Shown here in pieces: positions 10,845-21,612 of a stretch of DNA of 64,000 nt. The notes beneath the pieces were generated by a model, which searched no databases, was not told the origin of the DNA, and saw only the letters and a program-made list of their open reading frames with translations. The stretch lies in the IMG/VR virus record IMGVR_UViG_3300021181_000006, positions 64,001 through 128,000 of that record. One strand, 5' to 3'. Each line of letters opens with the position of its first letter. Position 1 is the stretch's first letter. A program made the position numbers and the translations under genes. The stretch is from a virus.

Positions 10845-12229
10845 ATACTCTCTATCCCTATCAAGAAACCACCGTCCAGCAACTCATGCAGTGGCAGTCC
10901 AGTGGACTCATAGCTGACTGCGGAACTGGTAAATGTGCCATGCTCTTAAACTTGTTCCTGCGGAAGAAGTTGAAGAAACTACTTATTATTTGTCCTCGAT
11001 CTGTCATGGAGTCCGCATGGGGTGACGATATACCAAAGTTCGCACCACATCTGACTTTTCAGATGGTATGGCATGCGAATATGGCGAAACGTAAGCTCTT
11101 GTTAGCTCAACCAGCAGATATATATATTATAAATTACCAAGCTGTTGGTAAATGCTTTAATGAACTCGTAGCTAAGCAATTCGATATGTGCATTCTCGAT
11201 GAATCTACTTTTATTAAGAATCCCACGTCGCATCGCTGCAAAGATGTATTAAAACTCCGAAAGTATATACCTTCACGGCATATCGCCACCGGAACTCCAG
11301 GACATGAGCCGTTGCATTACTGGAGTCAGTGGTCATTTATCCATGATACACCGTTCTTAGGGTGTAGATCATGGTATGACTTCCGTAAAAAGTTTTATTA
11401 TGAGATCCCTTTACCGACTGGCATATCATTATGGAAGTTTAATGCTAATTATACACATATGCTTAATGATGCTTTGTATACCAATAGCATCCGTCTTTTC
11501 AAAGCAGAGTGTCAAAAATACCTACCTGCGCGTAACTTTATCAGACGGTACATCGATCTTCCACCCAGTGCGAGATCTATCTATAAGCAAATGGAAAAAG
11601 AGTCCGTTGCTGATATTCCTGGTAACGATGATAAACTGGCTGCCTTCTTCGAAACGACCCGTCGAGGCAAACTTCGCCAAATGGCAAACGGATATGTCAT
11701 ACGAGATGACAGGGGGTATGCTAGGACCGTACATAATATACACACAAGTAAACTCGAAGAATGTCGTGATATCATTGATAACGTTTTAGAGCCAGAAGAA
11801 TCTGTGATCATCTGGTCGAACTTTGTTGAGGAGATACGCCAGTTAGAAAAAGAACTCGGTTATCCATCGATCTGTGGTGGTACGAAGAATGCTAATCAGT
11901 TAATCGCTGATTTCAAAGCAGGAAAGCTAAAAGGTATCATTGCACATCCAGCTTCTGTAGCACATGGAATCACCTGGACAACCTGTCATAACTCTATATA
12001 TTTCGGGCTACCAGAGGATACCGAGTTATTTTGCCAATCTCTTGACAGAACGCACCGTAACGGTCAGATCTATCCTTGTAACTATTTTCTTATACTCGCT
12101 AGAAAAACTATAGACGAAGACATATGGAAGGATCATGAACGTAAGAAGATACGAGAGCTCACTATCAGCTCAGACTCTACGTTTAAGAAACTTATGTTGC
12201 AACGTCTTATCACCCTGAACATGATTTAG
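10841..12229 (+). CDS. SNF2-family helicase
   Basis: DCGTGKC, ILDESTFIKN, TGTP, HPASVAHGIT, QSLDRTHRNGQ. Confidence 0.9.
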   Translation: MNTLYPYQETTVQQLMQWQSSGLIADCGTGKCAMLLNLFLRKKLKKLLIICPRSVMESAWGDDIPKFAPHLTFQMVWHANMAKRKLLLAQPADIYIINYQAVGKCFNELVAKQFDMCILDESTFIKNPTSHRCKDVLKLRKYIPSRHIATGTPGHEPLHYWSQWSFIHDTPFLGCRSWYDFRKKFYYEIPLPTGISLWKFNANYTHMLNDALYTNSIRLFKAECQKYLPARNFIRRYIDLPPSARSIYKQMEKESVADIPGNDDKLAAFFETTRRGKLRQMANGYVIRDDRGYARTVHNIHTSKLEECRDIIDNVLEPEESVIIWSNFVEEIRQLEKELGYPSICGGTKNANQLIADFKAGKLKGIIAHPASVAHGITWTTCHNSIYFGLPEDTELFCQSLDRTHRNGQIYPCNYFLILARKTIDEDIWKDHERKKIRELTISSDSTFKKLMLQRLITLNMI

Positions 12230-12236
12230 GTATAAT

Positions 12237-12848
12237 ATGCCAGTACAGCAACTGAATGAAAATACTCTATCGGCACCTGTGGTGTTTGCCAAAGGTGTTG
12301 ATAGTCCATTACCTCCAGTACGACGTGGAAGGCCACCGAAGGCTAAGGATACAGTAGCTCTCAAGCAACCTGAGGTAGCTGAAACGATTGCGCCACCTCC
12401 TCGGAAGATTAAGCAAGGGGTGAGAGAACAACAGCCAGTCATACAACAGGCTCCTCCTGAGCCCGTTGAAGAACTCAATGATAAGACTGATCCTGAGATA
12501 GATATGGCAGCTATGCTGCTAGATGAAGCGAATGCCGATATGTCAGATAATCAATCCAAAGATGATGGCCAGGCCCTGACAAACGAACAACCAGAATCAT
12601 TTAGTATCGATCAAGTCTATCATGACATCTTCACTGGTGAACTTCGTGAGACGACCAAACAACTGCTTATTCATTCAGTCGAGGGTAAGTCTATCCTCGA
12701 TGAGATTAATAGCGAAAACTATAGTCATTGGGAAAAAGAATGTCTGACACAACTTCGACAAGCAGTGGGCCAGTACCAGGGGAAACTCATTCTGGAGATC
12801 AAGATAACCCAGCAGCCAACCCATTTACTCGTCGAAGTCCAGAAGTAG
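12237..12848 (+). CDS. Hypothetical protein with disordered N-terminus and an AT-hook-like RRGRPPK
   Basis: 203-aa ORF. Confidence 0.6.
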   Translation: MPVQQLNENTLSAPVVFAKGVDSPLPPVRRGRPPKAKDTVALKQPEVAETIAPPPRKIKQGVREQQPVIQQAPPEPVEELNDKTDPEIDMAAMLLDEANADMSDNQSKDDGQALTNEQPESFSIDQVYHDIFTGELRETTKQLLIHSVEGKSILDEINSENYSHWEKECLTQLRQAVGQYQGKLILEIKITQQPTHLLVEVQK

Positions 12849-13534
12849 TCGATCAGTCTAAGATATCTCTCGATATTTTAGATTTATCGACTATTCCTCG
12901 TATTGAGGATATCCCTGCTGCCGAACCTTTCATTGTGCATGACCGTGCACCTGAGGTAGACGCAAAGGGACAGATTCGTGTATTATCACGTGATGAAGAG
13001 CGTGCCCTCATTGCTAAAGCACTGACCGGCGACAAGAATGCACGGAATAAGATTGTTGAACACAATTTGAGGCTTGTAGCCTATGTCGCAAAGTCGTATG
13101 CACGCGATCAGGAGATGTTTAACGAACTCTACGCTGAAGGATATCACGTCCTCTTTCATGCCATAGACCGCTTTGATCTCTCCATGGAGACAAAGTTCTC
13201 AACCTATGGTACCTGGTGGATTCGACAGGCGATGTCGAAGTACCTCCATATGAAGCATGGTAATGGATCGGTCTATGATATTGATATGGAATCGCCAGTG
13301 AACAAAGAGAATTACGAGAATAACGAGGTGACTCGTTTGATTCGTGATTGTCTGTATTTATTAACAGACCGCGAGTCTGATATTATTAAACGTCGCTTTG
13401 GAATCGACTGCTCTGAGGAAACTCTTGATGAGATCGGTAAGGACTACGGCTTATCGAAGGAACGTATCAGACAGATCCAAGAGAAAGCGCTTGAGAAGTT
13501 AAAGCCTATTTTACAAACCTCATTTATGGCGTAA
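12740..13534 (+). CDS. Sigma-70 family RNA polymerase sigma factor (start uncertain)
   Basis: Region 1.2 LSRDEERALI; region 2 NLRLVAYVAKSY and DRFD...KFSTYGTWWIRQAM; region 4 TLDEIGKDYGLSKERIRQIQEKALEKL. Confidence 0.92.
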   Translation: MSDTTSTSSGPVPGETHSGDQDNPAANPFTRRSPEVVDQSKISLDILDLSTIPRIEDIPAAEPFIVHDRAPEVDAKGQIRVLSRDEERALIAKALTGDKNARNKIVEHNLRLVAYVAKSYARDQEMFNELYAEGYHVLFHAIDRFDLSMETKFSTYGTWWIRQAMSKYLHMKHGNGSVYDIDMESPVNKENYENNEVTRLIRDCLYLLTDRESDIIKRRFGIDCSEETLDEIGKDYGLSKERIRQIQEKALEKLKPILQTSFMA

Positions 13535-14653
13535 TGAAATACCACAACATCCTGAATTACAGGTATAAACTTCATAGCATTATTAAAGAAAGCTATACTC
13601 AGTATTATTATCCATGCAAATGGGACGATCATACGACCATAGCACATTACAGCGTTTCTGATATCCAGGCATGGATTCTACGTGAGGCTATTCATCTACG
13701 TATTATTCTTAAGACTTATTTAGATTCTCACCAACTACCGTTTCATCTAGGTCTTATGAATAATAGTGATAACCTGCATACAGAGTGGTTATTTAATAAT
13801 ACTGCATTAAAGATCTCTTTACATAAAAATATGTATCGATTTAATAAAATGCACTATGAATATGGTTTATACTCTAATTTACACATCGGTAGTTCTGTAA
13901 GTGCTAGAGTGATTTTAGATATAACTCGCTATGTGAATAATATGATCGAGACTCCATTACATAACATGCTCTATGATCTCATCGAACAGAGATATCTCAT
14001 GTATCTTTATCAGTACTGTTATGAAAATAATGACGATAGAACTCATTTTATTGATGATATTATGCATAAGCGTCGGAGTAATCTTGCGTTATCATAATCT
14101 CTACCTCAAAAAATATCATCTGAAACAACTCTGTGATAGTACCTATGGCGATAAACGCGTCGTCACGTATCCTCTCAATCATACTGATATTATACAGTAT
14201 GATGATTATCAAATACAATCATGGATTACCTGTGCATCTATTAATATGAGGATCTTATTAGATAAAACTTTAAAACATCTGTCTTTTCTCAACCATTTAA
14301 ACATAGCTCATAAATCACGACAAAAACATCATTTAGATGATGTGACTTATATCAGCACAGGATATCAGGAAGACATCCAGCAGGAACTTACCTTGCATAT
14401 AGAGGTCATAGCAGGACCATTCCATAGTCATATTGAGTCGGTATGGATGAGAAATAAGAATGATACTATTGTTTTTAAAAGTATAAAAAATAATAATTGG
14501 TTGATATGTACATTAGTAGAATCGTATTACAATATGATATTCGCGTATAATGCGCGTGATATGAATATTAAACTGCCATCATTAATCATGAATCATATGC
14601 AAATGTATGCGTGGCAGAATATGGATAATATCTTAAATTCGCAAATAGACTAG
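13534..14653 (+). other. Two paralogous hypothetical ORFs (13534..14097, 13973..14653)
   Basis: Shared segment IQAWILREAIHLRIILKTYL vs IQSWITCASINMRILLDKTL. Confidence 0.6.
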
Positions 14654-15001
14654 ATTATTTGGTATAAATCTCATACAGGAGGTTTCCATGAAGTTGGAAA
14701 AAACTCCACTGGTAGTCCTTGTTTCCCTGCTCCGCTATGGCAGGGTGACTGATAGACAAATCCATGGAATGATCGAAGGCGGTGATCGTGCAGTATCCGC
14801 TGCGAAAACAAAACTATTAGAATTACCTGGTATTTATAGTGTGAGTGGTGATTTAGCCACCTATAACTACCTGAGTACCAATAGAATTTTTACATTCCGA
14901 GACGGAAATAATAAAGCAATATCTCTTAGGGATGTGAAGCATCGGGCTGTTCCTACAGTGCATGTCCCCACTGACTTAGCTGCGATGCAGGAGTTCTTTG
15001 C

Positions 15002-15625
15002 GTGATTGTTGGTATTGGTCATAAAAAGCAGCATGGTAAATCCACTGCTGCAGCTATCATCCAGTCATATCTGCAAAAGAACGGCTACCCGTGTGTAGTC
15101 GATTCTTTTGCAGAAGGTCTGAAGCGAGTTCTGCTAGAACTCTTCCCGAAGCAATTACAATATCGTCATCTGTATGGCACAGATGCTGATAAAAATGAAC
15201 GCTTACCGGATATACGTATTCCGAACTTAAAAGCTGGCGAGTTCGTATGTGGTCGTACTTTGATGCAACACTTCGGAACCGAAGTGTGTCGCAGTATGTA
15301 TGATAAAATTTGGTGCACACAGTTAGCTAATCGAGCTGCTCAGCAGCCTGGTAAAGTGACTATTACGGCTGATGTACGGTTTCCAAATGAAGTAGAGACG
15401 ATTTTAGGGCATAATGGTATTGTTCTGAAGATCCAACGTCCTGTTGAACCTTCAGGCAACGATACACATCCATCCGAAACTGCTTTAGATGGTTTTACAG
15501 GCTGGAGTCATGTCGTTGTGAATGATGGCGATATGTCTGCCTTAGAATCAAAAATTATTAGCATCTGTGATTCCATCATCATCCCCAAACTTGATGTTGA
15601 AAGAAATAACATCAAAAGGTTTTAA
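15002..15625 (+). CDS. Deoxynucleoside monophosphate kinase (T4 gp1-like)
   Basis: GIGHKKQHGKST, SFAEGLK, RTLMQHFGTE, ADVRFPNE, HPSE. Confidence 0.9.
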   Translation: MIVGIGHKKQHGKSTAAAIIQSYLQKNGYPCVVDSFAEGLKRVLLELFPKQLQYRHLYGTDADKNERLPDIRIPNLKAGEFVCGRTLMQHFGTEVCRSMYDKIWCTQLANRAAQQPGKVTITADVRFPNEVETILGHNGIVLKIQRPVEPSGNDTHPSETALDGFTGWSHVVVNDGDMSALESKIISICDSIIIPKLDVERNNIKRF

Positions 15626-15628
15626 TAC

Positions 15629-16813
15629 ATGCATGCAAAAGAGCTGAGGGTATGCCTCCAGACCGGACTTTTCGAGAACTGCGAAGAGGATGGCCGACAA
15701 ATCTTTGTTCCCTATATCATTGGCGAAAAGGGTGACGGTAAGTCCACCATCGTCAAAGAACTATGTGCCGCAAATAATGCGTATATGATCGATATTCGAC
15801 TGGCTCTCGAAGATGTTCCTGATCTTAAAGGCTTCCCTTTCGTGGACAAAGTCCAGGTGAATGGGCAGACGGTCAGCCTCACAAGCTTCGCTACGCCTGA
15901 TTGGATCCCGCATGGTCATAGGCTCCAGGAGATCCTACAAAGTGGCACCAAGAGGACGGTAGGCCCCTTTGCTGGCAAGCCATTCCAGTGGGTGGTCATC
16001 TTCTTCGATGAGATGGCTCGTGCCAAGTTGGACGTGCATCAGATCATCTTCCGTATGGTGCTGGACTTCCAGCATGGCGATATCACCTTCGACAAGTGTG
16101 TTCGCATCGTTTCGGCAGATAATCCTGCTACTAAGGACTATAAGGGGGTTAATAAGTTGGATGCCGCATTGGCAAACCGCTTTACGACTCTCTCGTACTC
16201 AGGTCCGACGTTGGCTGAATGGTCGGAATATGAGGCAGCTCATTCTGACTCGATGATCATCCGTTTCTTGACTGAACAGACATCTATGTTCCGCAAGGGT
16301 AATGCCACTCCTCGAACTCTCTCAAAGATTGGCCGTCGTGTGCTCAAGTCGTCTGCCAAGACGAATGGAGCTATTCTGTTCCAACTGCTCTGCGGTATGT
16401 GTGGCGAGGAATTCGCCGCCGCATTCCTCAGATATTATGAGAGCAGCTACAAGGCCATCAAGGCTAAGACTATCTTCGAGGGAACCAAGAAAGAATTCGA
16501 GAAGGCTGTTGCTCAGATCAAGGACTGGAATGCCAGTCATGGCAAGCAGTCTGATGCCATTGCGGATACCGCTATGGACATGCTGGAGTACATGAAGGAG
16601 CCGTATAACTACGTCAACTTCAATGTGAGTCGCTTCATCGAGGTGCTCAATGCATTTCCTGAGGATAAGACCTGGATGATTGTTCGCATGATCGCGGATA
16701 ATCGTGCCGAGAAGTATCCTGAGGGCTACAAGAAGATCCATCCGATTATCCTGCAGAATGCGGATATCAGGGCGATCATCTCGACGCTCTCTGCCAAGCT
16801 GGGAACACTGTAA
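15629..16813 (+). CDS. MoxR-like AAA+ ATPase
   Basis: GEKGDGKS, DLKGFP, FFDEMARA, LDAALANRF. Confidence 0.88.
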   Translation: MHAKELRVCLQTGLFENCEEDGRQIFVPYIIGEKGDGKSTIVKELCAANNAYMIDIRLALEDVPDLKGFPFVDKVQVNGQTVSLTSFATPDWIPHGHRLQEILQSGTKRTVGPFAGKPFQWVVIFFDEMARAKLDVHQIIFRMVLDFQHGDITFDKCVRIVSADNPATKDYKGVNKLDAALANRFTTLSYSGPTLAEWSEYEAAHSDSMIIRFLTEQTSMFRKGNATPRTLSKIGRRVLKSSAKTNGAILFQLLCGMCGEEFAAAFLRYYESSYKAIKAKTIFEGTKKEFEKAVAQIKDWNASHGKQSDAIADTAMDMLEYMKEPYNYVNFNVSRFIEVLNAFPEDKTWMIVRMIADNRAEKYPEGYKKIHPIILQNADIRAIISTLSAKLGTL

Positions 16814-16829
16814 AATAGCAGTAAACATC

Positions 16830-17415
16830 ATAATTGAGACTAACGTCTCTTTTATGATGTTTACTATTTAGATAGTAAATAATAATGAAAATAAAGGCTC
16901 ACATACACGAGGGTAAGAGCCGATTTAGACTTCATATAAGATATATAATAATATTTTATTATTTTATTTTATTATATATTATTATATATATTTCTATTTA
17001 ACGTAATATGTGTCATAGTTACATATATTATACATAATCCATGTCATTATGACACAGTATTCAGTAAATGACTATATATTGAAATTGAAAGTAAATGTAT
17101 GTCATTATGACACAGTCTGTATGTCATACTGGTCAGTATGACATACAGACGTTTAAATTAATTTAAATATATAATCGTGTCATTATGACATGGTCTTACT
17201 GACAACCATGTCATAATATACTTTTTACATTTAAAGACGATTAAACAGTAAAAGTCATAAGTGCTTGTCAGTACTAAACAGATTTCTCAAAATAAAAAAA
17301 AAAAAATTATTTTTGTACATAAATTTATTGGCACTCTGACCGAGCCGAAAGGCTCCAACCCTTTTCAGGATCTGTCAAAATAATTTTTTTTTTTTATTTT
17401 ATGATATAACATATA
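16830..17415. repeat. AT-rich non-coding region with palindromic repeats (origin-like)
   Basis: TGTCATTATGACA at 17042, 17100 and 17178; 17-bp perfect IR 17115-17150; 13-bp IR 17182-17217; long A and T homopolymers. Confidence 0.75.
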
Positions 17416-17418
17416 TGC

Positions 17419-19848
17419 ATGAATCGGAGGATATCTATGCAAAATGAACATTTGACATTATTTGAAGTTTTACATGAAGTACTAGGATGGGATGATGATG
17501 AGTCATGGGGTAACGTGAATATACCTCGTCGCGGTCCTTCTGATCTCAGGCCAACTGATATGAGTGGTCTATTAATTTCATCCACCAATAAAATGGTCAG
17601 TCCATCTACTATTACCATGGCTGAGTTCATGGAACTGCCATATGGATTTACTATTTGGTTAGGTAAGAATAAAGATTATTATAATATTGTTCCATTTGAG
17701 ATGGAACATAAACATGTGACATTCCATGCAGAAGAACTCATGGTGTATTACTCATGTGGTCATGAAGCGTGTATAAAAATGATGCCCATGATCATTGATA
17801 TTAAACAGAGGTTTCTCGCTAAGCTCATCTATGCGCCCATCAAGAATAATACTGGTAAAAAGCCACTTACTATGGTAAAAGCTAAGAATGGAACATAATG
17901 AATTCTTAACTGGGCCTTATACATGGATTCAGCTCTTCACGAAAGAAGAGATTAAAGCGATATTCGACCAAGCATGGGAGTATCGGCTGAAATCGATGTT
18001 AGCTGATGTTAAGGAGTTACAAGATATTAAGTATTATAATACGATTGATACACCACCTAAAGATGGCGTATCCATACGCTTTAAACAGACCAGCTCACGT
18101 CGTATAGACTGGTTCTTTGTTGTTGGCAAAGAAGAAATACCAGTTGGAGAGGGATTATTCTTAAATTATGCAAATATCACCGAGCCAGATTGAGCGGTTA
18201 GCTAAATACTTTGAAAACAAGTATGATAAGTGGGTGCGAGATTCACAGTTAAAGTTTCAGATGAATCTGAATACCGATGAAATACATCTCTTGAAGACCA
18301 GCTGGATGCATTGTCGTCATGAATATGGATCTACCATGCGTATCTATGTCACGGATATCTGTGATCAACATAAAGATGCTCGTCTCGCCTCAGATAGTCG
18401 CTCAGTAGTAGATACTGTCTATATGAGGATCGATGATATGATGACACATAGTAAATGGAAAGTATTTGCTATCGTATTCAATCACGAACTTCACGGACTT
18501 GAGAAAACGAGTAAAAGTACCCATATCTCATACCTCTACGGAGAATAAATGCGCTGTCCTCAATGCGAGTTCTATATCAATTCCTGTTTAGGACTTTGCG
18601 ATGCACGGTGCTTAATTGGCAATGATGATGTAGACTCAGAACAGTTTAAATCACTACTCACGAGTAGTGTCAATAATTTACCTGCTATTAATGTGTTTCT
18701 TCAACGTAAAGCTTCGACTATGATCGAGTATCTCTATAATCACGAAGATGCGAACATGAAGATGATGGCCGTTGCTGTCTATTATGCCAAGTTGAGTGAT
18801 CATAGGAAGAAATACATCATGTCATTAGATGAGAAACATCCTGCAAGGATTCTTCTTGTCCAAATGGACGCTGGACGACGTCCTAATATTAAGGAGATCA
18901 TTATCCATGCTACCAGAGGAGTATGATCGTATTAAACAAATTCTTGAGGACGTACATCATGAGTATGCCCTCAAGAATATATTAGGGTTACCCACAGAAT
19001 CAGTTCCATTTGCATTAGAGTGGATGGATGATAATAAAATACAGTTTATTATTAAGAACTCTGGTATCGCATCAGGTGAGTTCACTCTCATGATTAAGAG
19101 AATTTATCGTAGCAATCATACCGTTGGGCATTTTGTCGCTTCCTATAAGAAGCTCGAAAATATGGTCAATCCGAGTTCATTACGATCTATCGGTAAAATA
19201 ATGAAGAGGTTATTTCATTGAGCCAAGAAGCTGTAGAAATATTCATACGATTTATTATTGATGGATGTAAACATGAACTTCAAATGTATTTATCTATGGA
19301 TATAGGTAATAGTGCATGGTATACATTTAAGGATGGAACTGCTCTCTATATGCTCTGGGATGGACGTTTTAATCTGATCTTAGTCACAGCCACGGATCTT
19401 GGAGTAGCCTATGAGGCTATAGCATTAGATATCGCGGATATGCCATCATCAACAGATATTATGATTTTATCACGTATTCTGATACAGCGAGGCACCTATG
19501 CCAAAGAAGTGTCCTGATAAGCATTTAGAGACTCATAATAGGATTAAAAATACTATTATGAGTCTTATCGATCAAAAGAAATTCCTACATGACTTAGGTA
19601 TTACATACCTAGGATTTCCAGTATTTGATCGGGATACACATCTTAAAGTTGGTGATATGGATCTATTAGAACATGCAGATACTACTAGTCATCCACCGTT
19701 ATTACTATATAGTCTGTATTATAAACAAGATAAAGATATGTATTGTAACAAGCATTTTGCGAGCCGTTTCAGGCTCGAAGAGATGCTGCAAGGTGATACT
19801 ATATTACGCATCAGAACATACTTGCGGAAGAATAAACTGGTCATATAA
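17419..19848 (+). other. Cluster of about seven small hypothetical ORFs
   Basis: Contiguous, translationally coupled ORFs of 99-159 aa with no recognised motifs. Confidence 0.6.
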
Positions 19849-19872
19849 GGTATAAATTCATAGAGGATCATT

Positions 19873-21171
19873 ATGTCTGATTACGGCAAAGGGCAGCTCT
19901 ATTCGATAGCGCGTACTTATCTTATTAAGTTCCGACCCTTTTATGCATCGTTCATCCAGGACTGTGCGATTAATTTAGAATGGGATAAAAATCCCGTCGA
20001 TTCGTCCATTGTCAATGGACGCATACATTTGTATGTCAACGAAGCGTTTCTCATCGAGCAGGGCACCACTCCAAAAGAGCTGGCACTACTGATTGAGCAA
20101 CAGGTCAATCTGTTAGTGAATAAGCATCAGATCCGTTCTGTGAATCATGAACTCGGTAGATACGTGGCTGCTGCGCATATCGCAACATCACAAGTCTGCT
20201 TCTCGAAAGAGTTCCCTGACTATGCTCAGATTCTGACTCACGATAAAGCGAAAGAGAAGTTTCAGAACTTTCCTGGCCAAGAGAAGGCTGCAGAGATCTA
20301 TTATGACGCGATCCCACCAGATCCGCCGAGTGATAAAGATATGCAGCCGTACATGCAGCCAGAAGGTGGTGGAGATGCTGGTGAAGGTGAAGGTAAAGCA
20401 GGTGATGGAGAAGGTGAGGGACCTCCTGGTCCTAAGCCAATCCAGCATGGTGCTGCATGGCAGGAAACCAATACTAACGAAGAACAGTTCGACTCTATTC
20501 TGCGTGACGTCGTGAAAGATGCTGCTGGTAAGAACCCAGGAAACATTCCAGGGCATCTCAAGGAGCTGATCGATAAGATCTTGCGGCCACCTGAGGTTCC
20601 TTGGGAGGAAGAGCTGAAGGACTTTATCGAGTCTAAAGTGACGACTGATACGGATCCATCATGGAAACGTCGCAATCGTAACTATGCTCACGCTCCTTAC
20701 ATCATGAAGGGTAAGCAGCCTTCCTTCAGAAGCAGATTCGTTGTGTTTATTGATACATCTGGTTCGGTTAGCTCAGATAATCTGAAGCTGTTCCTGGCCG
20801 AGATGGTCGGTATTTACAATGCTTCGCGTCATACACTCATCACCGTTTGTGTCGATCATTCGGTACAGTCAGTAGCTGAGTTCGATGGGGATGCGAAGTT
20901 CGAGTTCGCTGGTCGTGGAGGTACTCAATTCGACGTCACTATTAAGATGTGTAATGGCGATCTGACCGAGTTAAGCGATCCTATTCGTGAGAAGTATCTC
21001 GAATTACTCGAAGCTGATACCGATATCGATGGTGCTATCTACTTCACTGATGGTGAGTGCGGTCTGTCTGAAACGACAAACCTTCCACTGTTATGGGTGA
21101 TTACACCAGATGGCACCGTGCCAAAGAATTTCCCAGGCAAGGTGGTCCAGATGAAGGATAAAAAGAAGTAA
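19873..21171 (+). CDS. vWA domain protein (DUF2201-like), probable MoxR partner
   Basis: MIDAS motif FIDTSGSVS, GRGGTQF, YFTDGE; acidic/Gly linker; N-terminal peptidase-like domain lacking HExxH. Confidence 0.88.
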   Translation: MSDYGKGQLYSIARTYLIKFRPFYASFIQDCAINLEWDKNPVDSSIVNGRIHLYVNEAFLIEQGTTPKELALLIEQQVNLLVNKHQIRSVNHELGRYVAAAHIATSQVCFSKEFPDYAQILTHDKAKEKFQNFPGQEKAAEIYYDAIPPDPPSDKDMQPYMQPEGGGDAGEGEGKAGDGEGEGPPGPKPIQHGAAWQETNTNEEQFDSILRDVVKDAAGKNPGNIPGHLKELIDKILRPPEVPWEEELKDFIESKVTTDTDPSWKRRNRNYAHAPYIMKGKQPSFRSRFVVFIDTSGSVSSDNLKLFLAEMVGIYNASRHTLITVCVDHSVQSVAEFDGDAKFEFAGRGGTQFDVTIKMCNGDLTELSDPIREKYLELLEADTDIDGAIYFTDGECGLSETTNLPLLWVITPDGTVPKNFPGKVVQMKDKKK

Positions 21172-21274
21172 TTCTTCTGGTATAACTTTCTTATAGCGAA
21201 TAGAGGGATATATCATTGTATGATATATCTCTCTAAAATTATTAAACTCCATTTCTCATAGAAATTCATGCATC

Positions 21275-21496
21275 ATGGCTACAACCAAGGTTTATAAGGG
21301 TGCCAACCAGATCGCCGAGTCGAGTCTTGTTGGACGCACCATCACCAGTATCTTCAGCGATGACACCATCGTGGACGTACTGAATCTGTCCGGTGACGAG
21401 ACTATTCGCGTCAACGGTGAGCAGGCAGATCGAAACTATACTATCCGCAGCGGTGACGCTGTTGAGTTCTACAAGCAGCAGGGAACCAAGGGTTAA
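21275..21496 (+). CDS. Ubiquitin-like (beta-grasp) protein with PRTRC protein C-type C-terminus
   Basis: 73 aa; ThiS/MoaD-like IRVNGE...TIRSGDAVEF; ends GTKG with a free C-terminal Gly. Confidence 0.85.
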   Translation: MATTKVYKGANQIAESSLVGRTITSIFSDDTIVDVLNLSGDETIRVNGEQADRNYTIRSGDAVEFYKQQGTKG

Positions 21497-21555
21497 TAAC
21501 CTTTTGTTCTGATGTAGCGTAACGTCTGCAGTGGTAGACGAAGTCGGAGTGACTT

Positions 21556-21587
21556 AAAGAGCCTAATATGTATTAGGCTCTTTTTTT
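21556..21587 (+). terminator. Intrinsic terminator after the Ubl gene
   Basis: aaagagcctaata-tg-tattaggctcttt followed by T run. Confidence 0.85.
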
Positions 21588-21612
21588 AGTTAAAAAGTGG
21601 TAGAAAGTATAT

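Noticed and set aside
16322-16831. 169-aa minus-strand ORF and other antisense ORFs (e.g. 808..1101, 20188..20675, 47329..47835)
   Set aside because: They are shadows of well-supported + strand genes and have no motifs or RBS support.
21505-21555. Hammerhead-like sequence after the Ubl gene (ctgatgt...gacgaag)
   Set aside because: The core deviates from CUGANGA/GAAA and no stems I/III were found; only one small hairpin.
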